A stretch of 64,000 nucleotides of DNA, taken from Octopus vulgaris (lineage: Eukaryota). A program made the position numbers and the translations under genes. The stretch covers positions 1,674,001-1,738,000 of the forward strand of contig OX597836.1 of the NCBI GenBank assembly GCA_951406725.2, in the 5' to 3' direction. Below, in pieces: positions 1 to 14,254 of this stretch; position 1 is the stretch's first letter, and each line of letters opens with the position of its first letter. The notes under the pieces are model-generated. The model did no database searches and was not told the DNA's origin. It worked only from the letters and a program-made list of their open reading frames with translations.

Positions 1-124
1 CGCCATTTTTTCCCTTGTTGCACAATTCCAATCTGATTCTTTCTTTTCATGTAAAGAGACAATGATCGAGCGAAATCATTGTCAATATTGTCGCTGCTAT
101 CAGGATCAGGAACATGCTACTACT

Positions 125-415
<291 letters not shown>

Positions 416-919
416 TCGCCCCAATCCTCATCATCCTTCTTTCTATTTCGTTATCGCCAATATTGAGGACATATTCTCAATATATTTATTGCATTATCGT
501 AATTATCATAATTAGTGTAATTCTTTTTTCATTATACTCTCTAATTGATATTGCTCCTCTTGTTGCTGCTGTTCTTCCTCTTATTTCTTTTTTTTTTATA
601 TTATGTTTTGCTACTTTCTGTGTCTGTCTCATAAAATTATCATAACATTACTTGCCAGAGTATGGCCCCTCTCACATTTCCTACTATTTTACGTATTTTG
701 TGGATATATTTCTAAGTTATTTTCTCAATTTTTTTGGTATGTGTTTGGTCTATCTTTGTAGTTTGTTCTCATTTATTTTCAATCACTTGATCGCTCGTTA
801 AGCGAGTTTCTGTTAAACAGTTTCTTTTATGGGTCTTTTTTTCTATGACCGATGTGATGGTACCGCGTTGGCTAGGCGAGCACGGATGCATTTCCCACCC
901 CCTTCGTAAAGCCAGTCCT

Positions 920-1064
920 TCACGGGGGTAATCTATTTACAGCTGAGTGACCGGGAGCAACGTGAGATGAAGTATTTTTTTCAAGAACACAGCACTGCGC
1001 TCGCTTCGGGAATCGAACCCACGATCTAACTGTCAGGAGCGCAACTACCTGACCACCAGTCCAC
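920..1064 (-). mobile_element. tRNA-derived CORE-like SINE fragment
   Basis: Minus strand has a tRNA-like head with B-box GGTTCGATTCCC, followed by a CORE-like segment (reverse complement of tttacagctgagtgaccgggagcaacgtgagatgaagt). Confidence 0.65.
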
Positions 1065-1065
1065 T

Positions 1066-1125
<60 letters not shown>

Positions 1126-1682
1126 CACATGTTTATGCGATCATTTATTTATTCATATACATTAAAGTAAAGAAGTAAAGAAGGATTTTTTGAACTGCAC
1201 ACCACGCAAACTCCGTCTCACGTTGAGCAGCATGAATGAAGTGGTTTTCATTCTAGGAACAAATATAACCTCATTGCCGAAATCCGAAACCACAGCCGAT
1301 CGTACGGACGCCTCACATGGTCATAATCAGATAAGCTGTGGGAGAGTATCTAAGTGTAGTTTTGGCAATTTTACAACTGTCCAATTTCCACGATGAATGA
1401 CAGGTTTTCTGTTTTTCATAATATAAAATTGGAGACAGCCAAAATCTTCGGAGACGGAGCTAAGTATTTCCATTTCATGTTTGAAAATATAACGCTGTAA
1501 TTACTGACAAATATCATGAACCAGATATTGCTGAAATTATATGGAAGGCTCATTGTTAAAGTCTATAAGATAATTTTAAATTATGTATTTGCCAAAACGG
1601 CACCGTCGTCTCTGAAATATAATAATACTTCCTTAAACATGAACATAGACACACAGGTTTTTATACATATGCGCATACATAA

Positions 1683-1755
<73 letters not shown>

Positions 1756-2285
1756 AACAGAATCTTACACACAAACACACACATATAGCATGAGAATATT
1801 GGGGATTATTGAGAAAATATTGATGAGGTGTACGCGTCGCTTTTCATGAATATATGCGCAGAAAATGTTCGAGACGAGATTTGCATAGACGCATTCGACG
1901 TCTGCCTAAATAAAGAGAAACCTATATAAATATGTGATGTGTGTTGGAAGGCGGGAGAAAGGGGGAGGAAGGAAATGGGGAGTGAAAGGGAGGGAGAGAG
2001 GGAAGAGAGGGGAATGGAGGAGTGAGAGGAAAAACAAAGAATATATCGCTGACGAAATACGAAATTTTCAGAAGTGTGAGCCACCTGGTGTGATGCCAGA
2101 AAGGCAGCGATTGACATTAATATATGGAGAAGAGGATACAACTCATTGCTCTATGTCCCACACTCTGTGACGGAAGGGAGCAATATGAGGATATATATAC
2201 GTGTATATATCATTTATGCTTTAATTGTTTTATTGCGGCCAGAATTTCCAGCCGAATCAACCGATTCCAGGAATTAGTTTTTTAA

Positions 2286-2744
<459 letters not shown>

Positions 2745-3145
2745 GCGTTCACATTTGAAGAGCATTTATAGAGACACGGCGCATACTGAATACTCGTGGA
2801 ATCTTGGGAAATCGTTCAAGAAATTCCCATACTTTTGAATTTCTCATTTAAATCGTATTTTGAGCAACATTAAGCCTGCAGTATTTCATTTGCTTCGTTC
2901 ATATATTTTCTCTGATATATTTACATCTGAGATGATATCAAATATTTTTGAAACACCCTCTAGGTTTCCAAGATACAGAAATAGTAGTTATTAGACGCAT
3001 TAAGAAACCAGTGATCCAGAACTCGATACAGTTTATTTGGGGATTAAGAAATATTATTTTAATGTATCTTTACTGAATACAGTCTATTTCGGCTTCAGCA
3101 AGAATCAGTGCGTGTAAAATATATTAAATCGGCTTAACATACTTT

Positions 3146-3185
<40 letters not shown>

Positions 3186-3189
<4 letters not shown>

Positions 3190-3230
3190 CATATTATAAT
3201 AATTTATTAATACTTATATATCAGTTGCAC

Positions 3231-3274
<44 letters not shown>

Positions 3275-3319
3275 CATATTATAATAATTTATTAATACGT
3301 ATATATCAGTTGCACTGTC
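3186..3319. repeat. 49-bp tandem duplication separated by (TA)n
   Basis: taagcatattataataatttattaatac(t/g)tatatatcagttgcactgtc at 3186-3234 and 3271-3319, 1 mismatch. Confidence 0.95.
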
Positions 3320-3401
3320 TTAAATATAGTTGGGAATGTTGGCACAGGGTCAGGAATTTTAGAGATTTCCGTGAGTATTTTGCATTGTTTACCATCGGTT
3401 A

Positions 3402-3434
<33 letters not shown>

Positions 3435-3451
3435 TCTTTAATTCTGTTACT

Positions 3452-3672
3452 CGTTTACTTGTTTCGGTCCTTTGACTGTGGACATACTGGAACACTACTT
3501 TTAGTGGAGCAAATCGATCCCCACGACTTATTCTATGTAAGCCTTGTACTTATTCTATTGGTCTCTTTTGCTGAACAGCTGCGTTACGGGGACGTAAACA
3601 CTCCAGCGCTGGTTGTCAAGCGATGTTGGGGGAACAGAAACAGACACAGACACACAGACACAGCCACACACA

Positions 3673-3704
<32 letters not shown>

Positions 3705-3856
3705 TACGTCAGGTGTCTTTCAGTTTCCGTCTACCAAGTCCACTTACAAGGCTTTGGTCGGCCCGAGCCTATAGTAGAAGACACTTGCCGAAGGTACCAC
3801 GCAGTGGAACTGAACCCGGAACCATGTACTTGCCATGCAGCTACTCATTCGCCTAT
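3452..3856 (-). mobile_element. Octopus-type tRNA/CORE SINE (family A), near full length, internal (CA)n
   Basis: tttcagtttccgtctaccaagtccacttacaaggctttggtcggcccgag...gaagacacttgccgaagg...gaacccggaaccatgt is shared with several other copies in the window; resembles the OR-type CORE-SINEs described in Octopus. Confidence 0.9.
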
Positions 3857-3868
3857 ATAATATGTATG

Positions 3869-3925
<57 letters not shown>

Positions 3926-3989
3926 ACTGCCTCATCTCATCAAAAATGCGGATTTTTTCAATTATTAAAAGTAGGAGGGGGACAGTATG

Positions 3990-4285
3990 ACCTACCTGCA
4001 CAGCTTGCTATAAAAGCAGGTAATAATTTTACTTTGTCCTTATGTTTAGTGCAACTTTTGAAGAATGTATTTCGATTTTAACAAGTATTTTTTTTAAAGC
4101 TAAAACGGAAGTTGCATATTTTGCTTTATGAGTTCAATAAAGGCAACAACGCTACAGAAACCTGAGAGGAATGAAGTATACAGGGATCGGACAATAAACG
4201 CGAGCCAGAGTCAACAGTGACTTCAGAAATTCCCGAGGCGGAAAGTACAGCCTAGTGGCGGAGTCTCGTCCTTGAAGACCTGTAT
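3990..4285 (+). mobile_element. Mariner 5' fragment (5' UTR and transposase N-terminus)
   Basis: catattttgctttatgagttcaataaaggcaacaacgctacagaaacc = HILLYEFNKGNNATET; homologous to 37340-37874 and 54361-55498. Confidence 0.85.
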
Positions 4286-4526
4286 AATTTGAAACAGCAT
4301 TTGACCGGAAGCCAGTACCACAGGGACGATGAAGTCATAGCGGCTGTGAATGACACTTTTCATCAGCAGAATGAAAATTCTTTCACCAATGAGATCGAAG
4401 CACTGTGACGCTGATGAAAGAAGTGTATGGAACATGTGGTGGACTATGTTGAAAGATGAACATCATTTGGACGCACTCCATGGGAATATCTTGGCCAGGC
4501 TAGGAACTCTTCAGTCGACCTTCGTA
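4286..4526 (+). mobile_element. 3' end of a different mariner family, with TIR-like terminus and TA
   Basis: Translates LKQHLTGSQYHRDDEVIAAVN...KKCMEHVVDYVER* (mariner C-terminal KC..GDYVEK motif); ends aactcttcagtcgaccttcg-TA. Confidence 0.75.
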
Positions 4527-5396
4527 TGTGGCCCTAATAAACAAACTGCACAGAAATCGCAACGTTTCCGCAGAAGATGCCACGTAACGAGAGCTAAGTG
4601 TTACATGCATATATGTTGTGTACGATATTTCTAAAAAATAGTTCTCGGTACAAGTCGAAAGCTTATAAATTATTCATGTAGTGACATACCATGCATGCAC
4701 ATAGGTATATACGAGCGTTTATACATACATGCACGCGTCCAAAAATGAAGCAGAAATACCAAATGCTTTAAACATTGTTTCATAATCGCAGGGTTTTAGT
4801 TCGATTCTGGAGTCTGTCATCTTTGACTGATATCTTTTACGAACAAACAGGTTAACCTTAGACATGATCATGACCACAACTGATAGGAATCTACTGGACT
4901 GATTGTATTTGTAACTTGGAAAACCAGCTTTACGTATATTTAATCAGGGGGATTAGACCTGGGGAAATTACGTGGTAAGGTTTATTGCGAGGGGAATCTT
5001 CATTCGCTAACACACCATTTCAATGAGAAGATGGTTCAGTTGATCAAACGACTGAATAGGCATCGCCGAAACCGACGGAGATCGATTTACTTTCCATATA
5101 TAGACACATTCCATATATATATATATATAGCAACATGCATACATATATCCATACGTGACTACATCGGTGATGTCTAAATTCTAACAAAAGAGACTTGTTT
5201 CTGGTTTGGAAAGCATCTCTTTCATTGTTGGCGAGAGATTCGAAAATAAAACCAGAAATACATATACAAATACATACATACGGACATACATACATACATA
5301 CATACATACATACATACATACATACATACATACATGTAGACAGACATGCATACATACACACAAACATGCATACATATATATATGAGTATACATATG

Positions 5397-5431
<35 letters not shown>

Positions 5432-5500
5432 CACAAATATATGCCTATATATACATATATATCCATATGTACATACATAAACATATATATATATATATAT

Positions 5501-5533
<33 letters not shown>

Positions 5534-5603
5534 CGAATGTACGTACATGCACACAAGCATAATATATGCATTCATACGTCTCTCTCTCTCTCTCTCTCTC
5601 TCT

Positions 5604-5659
<56 letters not shown>

Positions 5660-5937
5660 ATATATATATATATATATTCTCATAAATGTTGGAAATATCA
5701 CAAAGACTTCTGCGTCTGATAATAGCATTCAATCCCCAAATGCTTTAAAACATTGGCAAACAATATGATTGTGTGAGTGAAGTTTCTATCAATGCAGCAC
5801 ATGACGACGTGTTGAATTGTTGAATGAAATTCTGATTTCCTTTTATCGTGTTCATCCTCCAACATCCATTCACACAAATAAGCTTAACCACTTAATTGAG
5901 ATGTAGCATTACACATTGATGCATCATGCATATATAA

Positions 5938-5992
<55 letters not shown>

Positions 5993-7671
5993 TACATATA
6001 CACATATACCTGAAGGCATATATATGTATATATGTGTGTGTAGATGTATTCATACATACATAATATACATATATTTATACACATATTGACACATACATAT
6101 ACGTATATATTAATATATATATATATATATCCTTACATATATGTATATAGAATCTAGAATCATACACGTTTGTACGCATGTGTGTGTGTGTGTATGTGTG
6201 TGTGTGTGTCTGTATGTATAACTTTGCGTTTGTGTGTTTGTGAAGTTATGGACGAAGAGATGAAAGCAAACTTACATATCTGTACGTGTGTGTGTGGCGC
6301 TAAAAATACCGAATTCATTTTCGCTTGATGTAAGGGACAACCATTGAAACATCACATTATGCCCCGCATTATGCATTTCCTTCAAATAGTTAGAATTTAA
6401 TTTCTCAGCAGACAGAATCGCTATTTGCCTCTTGAAAATGCTTTCTTTATTTACTTCAGCTGTTTACGTTCTGATTTTAAATCTCACCTTTGCCAACATT
6501 GCATTAAATAATACACATCTTTATCAACAAAGTCAGAACATAGAAATAAATCACTTTTCCCTCTGAAATGTTTGATTAAAGGCAACGCTTTAACATAAAG
6601 AATGTTATTTGTCTTATCTTTTAAATTTTCTCCCTTATTTAGTTAACATGCCGCACTTATATTTACATACATGGTAGATATTAATTGCTGGTAAGGATAC
6701 CTTGTTTTGTCATGCAGCCACAATATGCCCCCATGTATAGAATTATAAGTAAATTCTTAGTTCAGCCGGTGCGATTCAGTCAATTTCTAAGTTATCTCCA
6801 GAGATTTTCTATTGATGCCCTGAAAGGAACAACGTTTCGTATACGACTACGTCTCTGTAAACAATGGCACGACGGTATAGATTCGTTCGTTATCTACTTA
6901 GACATATTCGTTCGGAAGCCTGCAACTTTTAGTGCTGGTTCTATAGATATAGTTATATCTGTAGACATAGTTTTAAAAATTGATACATGATAGAATGAAC
7001 CTTCATAGTAGTGTTAAGTAACTAATAAATTTTCTGCAGTACAAATGGTACAACATGTGAATAAACTGCCGGGAGCCAGTTGAATAGATTCAGCACAACT
7101 TTAAACTCAGATACTGAATGTAATCGCCCTGTAATCTGTATTCCGATACCAATCTAACATTCAGCCCATGGATTTACTTACACGCTGGTATAAAACCAAA
7201 CAATAGCTTATAAGCGATCAACTATTCCTTAATTTTAAATAAAAGCATCTTTAAATAAAAGCAGTTACCGTCTTGATAGTTTCCGGAACACTTTAACAGT
7301 GAAATAAGAAAATGTCTTTACCATTCTAACTTTTCTCGTCCCATGTCCTAATTATTTACTTCATGCCTCTTATTGTCTTTCGATTCATTATCCTCATCGC
7401 TCCGCTCTCCGCCCCAAATAATCTATGACTTCCTTTTCCCCATAAAATTTTTCCGCCCATTCCATTAAACTCTAAAAATGAATTTTTATGGACCAAGAAA
7501 TTTTACACCACACCAACTTTGCATTTCAACCCCATTGCTCCCTACTTATGAAAAATAAAAAGAGAAATACACAAACACATACACACACACACTCTTGCAG
7601 GCTCACACACACACACACACACATACTTATACACACACACCACACACACACACACACTTGGAAAACGTGTA

Positions 7672-7715
7672 TATTATTGGTGATGAAGGCTGTATAGCCG
7701 AAACGTCGTCCAGAT
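7672..7715 (+). ncRNA. Degenerate Penelope-type minimal hammerhead ribozyme
   Basis: gUGAUGA-A-GGCU(GUAU)AGCC-GAAA-CGUCG-UC-cag; C3 replaced by G, short stem I. Confidence 0.55.
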
Positions 7716-7798
7716 TATCAGATATCTCTAACAAAAAATTCATATGATACGCATTGTTGTAATTCTTCCCTTCAATATTTCACCCATTTATATCTAAC

Positions 7799-7929
7799 TA
7801 CGCAACCACATGGTTCCGAATTCAATTCCACAGCGTGGCACTTTGGGGTAGTGCTTGCAACTCTAGTCTCAGGCCGAAAAAAGCCTTGAGAGAAGATTTG
7901 TTTGACGGAAGCTGAAAGAAGCCCGCCAT
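7799..7929 (+). mobile_element. SINE family A, 5' half
   Basis: caaccacatggttccgaattcaattccacagcgtggcactttgggg...gacggaagctgaaagaagcccg. Confidence 0.85.
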
Positions 7930-7932
7930 ATG

Positions 7933-7964
<32 letters not shown>

Positions 7965-8041
7965 CATGTGTGTGCGTCTTTGTGTCTGTGTTCGTAATAT
8001 TATATATACAGTACTAATATACATTCTCTCGCTTTGTCGTT

Positions 8042-8077
<36 letters not shown>

Positions 8078-9077
8078 ACACATAGAATATAATTAAATAC
8101 AACGTTTAAATAACAGTAAAAACAACGATTAATTAAATTTATATTTAATTTTTCTTTCTTTATGCACCTTTTGAATTAAAATCAGTCCTTGGGGCCGAAT
8201 TATAGAATTTTGTGACTCCAACCTTTCCATTGGCCAGTAGCGACTTGATGAAGAAGGTTATGTCAGAATATAGTTAAGCAATCTCTAACCAGCAAAACAA
8301 ATAACTAAATACAAATAAATGAAAGATTTTACAGAAATAGAGATTGAGTTAAATTATACTAAAATTGCTCAAACTATTCCCTCACTGTTCTCAACTTGGA
8401 CGCAAGCCATATTAATATCGATGTGTCTTCTGATAATGGAATCTGGTATCATTTAATCGGTAATGCAACCACCCGTCCCCATCTTTCCACTGCTCTTTGC
8501 TTAGATATTTCACAGTGGACTTTAATATGAAATTGCAACAGACTCTCGAACGAATATACAGTAAACTACTTAGCAAAGAAATTGGCCACAACCTTCAGTA
8601 TCTTACGCAATACAATATCGCCTAACTATCACCAATAGCATACAAGGGGAAAGATTTTATCAACAGCTTTTAAACAGGGGACCCGGTCCAAATATTTTCA
8701 ATGAAATTGACTCCGCTACAAACGGCTAAGATGTTTGACGCTGGTGTTAAAATGAGGGATAAATAAGATCTGCAACTAAATGCAGCTGAGGCGTGACAAA
8801 ACAAACCACATTGGCTACACGCCTGACGACGCTACCGGAGCAGCAAGGGGGACAACAAAGATTCCAGAAAATGAATTAAAGCGGTACTCCAGCATGGCCG
8901 CACTCCTAAGACTGAAATTTTCCGAAGAATAAAAGAATAACATCAGCAACAACAACAAAAACTGGAGAAACAGAAGCAAATACACACATCGACAGACAGG
9001 CACTAACATACCTATACACACACACATAATATAATATAATATAATATAAAAATTATAAATATTATTACGATAAAATT

Positions 9078-9915
9078 GTATTATATTTCAGCGAAATAAA
9101 GTGGCACAACAAGGCACCAAAGTTTGCTGGAGATAGCAGTTAATAACCGTACGACGCTGTGTAAAGCTCCACTGAATATACTGAGGTAAAGATGTGTGCG
9201 GGTGGCGAACATAAAACCATTTCGTCTTACCTCTAGGAAGTAGGCCGGAGAAATGGACAAGCTAGTACTCGACTTTAGGACCTTTCCGACTACGTTTGCT
9301 ATCGAAAATCTGGTTGGTATCGTCAGCCAGGGTCACCTACCCAAGACTTGATCCTCGTGCTATCCGCCCACTACAAAATTCGAAGTCAGGACACATAACA
9401 ACATTACGACACAAGTACTTGACCTCAACCAGTCCAGCCCTCTTTAATACCATACCAAAATACACTGGATAAATTTCTTCCATAAATCCCAGACTAACCT
9501 ACAATAATATGTCTCCAATAATAATAACTCCTTGCTAGAATGGGCCATGGTGCCCCATCTCCATATATCACTAAAAGACTTTACCAGGTGGTGCCATTGA
9601 GTTAGACATGGCCGGGACATATACTGGCCGAAACCTATCAAAATTATCAAAGCTATCAATGTCTGTATACTCGGCTGATATGCCTAACCATAAACAGAAC
9701 CGAGATCACTGAAAAAAGTTTTATATAAAAGAATGTAAATATTAACAGAGTACAACAGTATTATTTTCCAGCGAAAAGCACCATACATGTAGAATAATAA
9801 ATAGGAAATAGTGGCACAACAAGGCATAAATGTTGGCTGGAAATAGCAGACGATAACCGTACGACGCTGTGTAAAGCTCCACTGAATGTGTAGAGGCAAA
9901 GATGTTTGCGGGTGG
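9078..9915 (+). repeat. Pair of about 130-160 bp direct repeats flanking about 550 bp (pLTR/LTR-like)
   Basis: gtggcacaacaaggca...ataaccgtacgacgctgtgtaaagctccactgaat...aaagatgt(g/t)tgcgggtgg at 9078-9205 and 9758-9915. Confidence 0.85.
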
Positions 9916-9918
9916 AGG

Positions 9919-9985
<67 letters not shown>

Positions 9986-11789
9986 AGTGTGTGAATGTGT
10001 GAATGTGTGTGTGTGTATGTATGTATATATAGATTTATGTACGTATGTATATATAAAATTATATATAATGTATATATATATATAAATATAAATATAAATA
10101 ATGTATATATATAAATGTATATATAGATTTATGTACGTATGTATGTATAAATTTTGGGTTCTAATATTAACTGTCATTTTTACTTTCTCCATTACTTTAA
10201 ATAATAAATCTTTGCAATATGAAGATTCTGTCAATATAACAATTTTGTTTGTTTTATTTAGAAAAAAGAAAAGCACACAGCTAAATATGAAATAATAATA
10301 AACAATAAATTCAGAAAGTATACAGATATTAACCTTTAGGTTGAGTACAATTAAACATGTCCGTTGTTTTGTCAGAAGCCGAGACATAAATAAATAGAAG
10401 TCGATGTTTAGGTGTTTGACCTTTAAACTTATTTGGTTGACGAGGGCAGAAGGGCAAGAGATGTTTAGTCCGTTAACAGATATATATACTCACAGTTCAT
10501 TGTCCAGACGTATATATAGGTAGACATATTTCCTTGTTCTTTCAGCATACATTATTGCGAATATACAGAGGCACCGAAAAAAAAAGTAGAAAGCGATGTA
10601 TACTTGTTTGCACAGACACACAAGGGACATACATACATATCTATCTATCTGTCTATCTGTCTATCTGTATGTCTGGCTGGCTCTCATTGTTCCCGCTGAC
10701 AAAATGTAGAAAGCATTGCCCGACAAGACAACGCGGGAGATGGGCTGGGATAGCCACTCTGACTCTGCCTGCACTTGCAGACACCAATCTCTGCCCCTGA
10801 TAGCGGTGAGCAGCGATGTGATTCGGGGACCGAAGACGCCGGAGCTCTCAACTGCCCCAGGTCAAACATAAACGTGTCAAAGAGTGACCGATATCTTGAC
10901 AATTTTTTTTCTTTCTCAGCTTGACGAGTAGTGACGCCTTGGCTGGTTGCTGACAACACAAGGTTGCCGCTGGTGGAGGTTTCACCACAGGTGGCATCCC
11001 AGATGAAGAGCCTACCGCCTTATTTCGCCGTTGTAGAATGAATTAAGATACTTACCTTGAAGTAATAGCATCATTTTATCAAAATTACATAAGCAATATC
11101 TCGTCTGCACAAACCCAGCATGTTCTTCTCAAACTGCTATTTGCAAAAAGGCTTTTACAAATCTAATAATTGTATCTGAAGAAAGAAATGTTTTATATTT
11201 TGCAAGAAATGGTCGATCATTACCCGAAAGAGATGGAAAAGAAAATGTAAGAAAAAAAGAAATAATAAAAAAGCATTGTAAGAATAGCAATATTCAGATG
11301 AAATTGTCCATAGGAATTCTTGTTCTGCAAACTAAGTGGATGCAGATTATTATATTCACGTGGATTGCGGTCATAGAAAATTTATTTACTGGAACCAATT
11401 AGACATGAAGATAAAGAAAAACGTTCAGAAATTTGTTCGATGGATTCTGAATAATATAAAATTGCTTAATGATATGTTTCTCGTCAGTTGAATCCTATTT
11501 GCGTCGACATGGGTTGGTGGCTTGATTAACTGACGTTAACTGCTATTATTAAGTCTCACGGAACGTTTGTGGTGAATCGTCACCGTTTTTATATAATACA
11601 TTCAGTCTGGCATCTGAATTCATTCTTAAAAGAAGAATTATATATGACTGGCGGTGGGAAGGGCGGGGAGAGGAACTCAACCTAGGCATAACATGAAGAC
11701 TTATCTGGTCATATATCTTCCATTCCGTGAAATTATTAGCTTATAAAAAATATATCAGAAATACTGATCTTTCGTGGACCCTTCATATA

Positions 11790-11810
11790 ATATCTATCTA
11801 TCTATTTATC

Positions 11811-11881
<71 letters not shown>

Positions 11882-11890
11882 AATCAATCA

Positions 11891-11941
<51 letters not shown>

Positions 11942-11954
11942 AATCAATCTATCA

Positions 11955-12053
<99 letters not shown>

Positions 12054-12054
12054 A

Positions 12055-12126
<72 letters not shown>

Positions 12127-12245
12127 CTCTGTCTGTCTGTCTGTCTGTCTGTCTAACTATTTATGTCTGTGTCTGTCTACCTTTCTCTCTCTCTCTCTCT
12201 GTCTCTCTCTCACTGTCTCTATGTGTGTGTGTGTATCTGTGTGTG
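11790..12245. repeat. (CTAT)n/(CTGT)n/(CAAT)n tetranucleotide microsatellite
   Basis: Direct observation. Confidence 0.97.
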
Positions 12246-12689
12246 TTTATGTACGTGATTTTAAACTGGTTCTTAGTACGATCAAAACCAGTGATGATCA
12301 GGCATTTCCTCCCTAGTAAAGGTCCTCAGACTGGGGAGAAATGTTTTAATATTTTCTGAAATAACGTATCTGTCGGGACCCAGCATTTTCCGGAGACAAG
12401 TAGCTTTCATGTCTCTAGTTGAAGCAGGGATTTCGAGTAATTTAGTTTGATGACGTGTTTCCCATATTGGTAAGAGCCCGTTTTCGTGAGGTGATAAATG
12501 GATAAAGATTGAAAGGAATAAAAGAGACAGATAGATTCATCTCTCATTCACCACTAGCGTACATTCAGTGATTTTTAAATACAAGCAAATACACATTTAA
12601 GTAACCTCACCAACCAACATCACATTTCTCAAAATTTCCGTCAGAGATGACTCAGTAGTTTACTGTGGAATGTTGCACATTCCAGATAT

Positions 12690-12880
12690 CCTCAATAAAG
12701 AGAAAACACAACAACGCGAGGACGTGGAACAAGTACAGTGTTATTGGACGCTCAGGAAAGAAAGGAGGATTTAACGTTTCGAGCGGAGCTCTTCGTCAGA
12801 AACAGAGGAAAAGGAGAGATCCAAGGAAGGGAAGACGGAGGGAAAAAATCGCCAACGATACACACGCGGTCACATATTGA
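12690..12880 (-). mobile_element. Penelope-like element terminal (pLTR) fragment
   Basis: Minus strand: pyrimidine-rich leader, then hammerhead, then tttctttcctgagcgtccaataacac; homologous to 54410-54640. Confidence 0.7.
12769..12803 (-). ncRNA. Minimal type I hammerhead ribozyme, intact core
   Basis: Minus strand GUUU-CUGACGA-A-GAGC(UCC)GCUC-GAAA-CGU-U-AAAU: CUGANGA and GAAA boxes, 4-bp stem II, palindromic ACGU stem III, stem I GUUU/AAAU. Confidence 0.8.
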
Positions 12881-12883
12881 ATG

Positions 12884-12952
<69 letters not shown>

Positions 12953-13481
12953 CATATATATATATATACATATATCAATAATGTGTATATATATACAATG
13001 TTTCTGTCTCAACATCATTTGATCGTCTTTTTCAATCGAAAGAAATGTAATTTATAATCTACTTCTTGTTGCATGTGTGTGTATGTGTGTGTGTACCTGC
13101 ATGTGTGTTTGTGCATGTGCATGTGTATGCGTTATGCCTACGTGTTCGTCCTGGCACCTGTGTGTATGTCTACTTGTAGTAGTATGGGGTCATGCACTGT
13201 GAGGACCGCCTCGCTGCAGTCAAATTTATTGGGCTTCCGCACAGTCTCATTTCGTTTAAACGCATCTCTAATTCGAAGGATAATAAGTCGCGAGCGCAGA
13301 TCTTGTTGAAACTTCCTCCTAAATGGTCTCTGTAATTAGATTACATTCTCAAGCTCCTAAGTAGCACTCAAAGAAACATTTCCTTTCTTAATCTGATCCA
13401 CTTTGATATTTCTAATAGGTTAGCTCTAAATGTGTATACATGTGTAATGTGTATACATTACATACCTTGAAGGATATCCTG

Positions 13482-13537
<56 letters not shown>

Positions 13538-13603
13538 GAGAGTAAGCACATAAATGCGAAACAAGACGCGAAAAAATAGTCATCGAATACTAGAGGTAGA
13601 GTA

Positions 13604-13772
13604 ATATGCTTTATCAAAAAGCAGCAAAAATATTACGAAAACTGTTACTCAGAGTATCACGTTCCCGTACGTCGGACAGTTTTGTCTAGAAACTAAACAA
13701 AACTGTCCGACGAACAGGTACGTGACACCTTGAGTAACACTTTTTCTGATATTTTTGCTGCTCTTTAATAAA

Positions 13773-13778
<6 letters not shown>
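13604..13778. repeat. 175-bp palindrome of two inverted hammerhead+polyA (Penelope pLTR-like) cassettes
   Basis: 86 ungapped pair positions around a 3-nt loop at 13690-13692, 72 Watson-Crick by hand count; each arm reads aactgt-CCGACG(A/T)-ac(g/a)-loop-cgt-GA(T/C)AC...GTA-aca(g/c)tt, then (a/g)ataaa. Confidence 0.9.
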
Positions 13779-13813
<35 letters not shown>

Positions 13814-13848
13814 CATAGAGAGAGAGAGAGAGAGATTGATAGATAGAC

Positions 13849-13892
<44 letters not shown>

Positions 13893-13943
13893 TGATAGAT
13901 AGATAGATGTATATATGTATATATGTACGCAAACACACATACT

Positions 13944-13990
<47 letters not shown>

Positions 13991-14254
13991 ATACACGGGT
14001 GCACTGCCAAGCGCACTCCTGAACATGTTGCCGCTAATTTTCGATCCTATCAAATAGAAAGCAGGCCTTGACTGCATCTCACTCGGCAGAACCACGATAT
14101 ACGGTAGAAAAGAATTCATATGAGTTTGCAAGACATTTGCATTCCTTTCCAAAGAAATACAAGTTTCCTAACGAAATTTTAATAATGTATAGCTGACAAA
14201 GCCTTCTTGATTGCCTCCTATCCTTTCCGTAAGAGTAAGCACAGATCCATTTCT

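Noticed and set aside
10700-10870. GC-rich islands as exons (also 13190-13320, 20800-20920, 50360-50600)
   Set aside because: No convincing paired splice sites or recognisable domains; probably old TE remnants
13657-13725. Canonical pre-miRNA
   Set aside because: Stem extends to 86 bp with a 3-nt loop, and mismatches look like neutral decay of an inverted duplication; better explained as TE-derived
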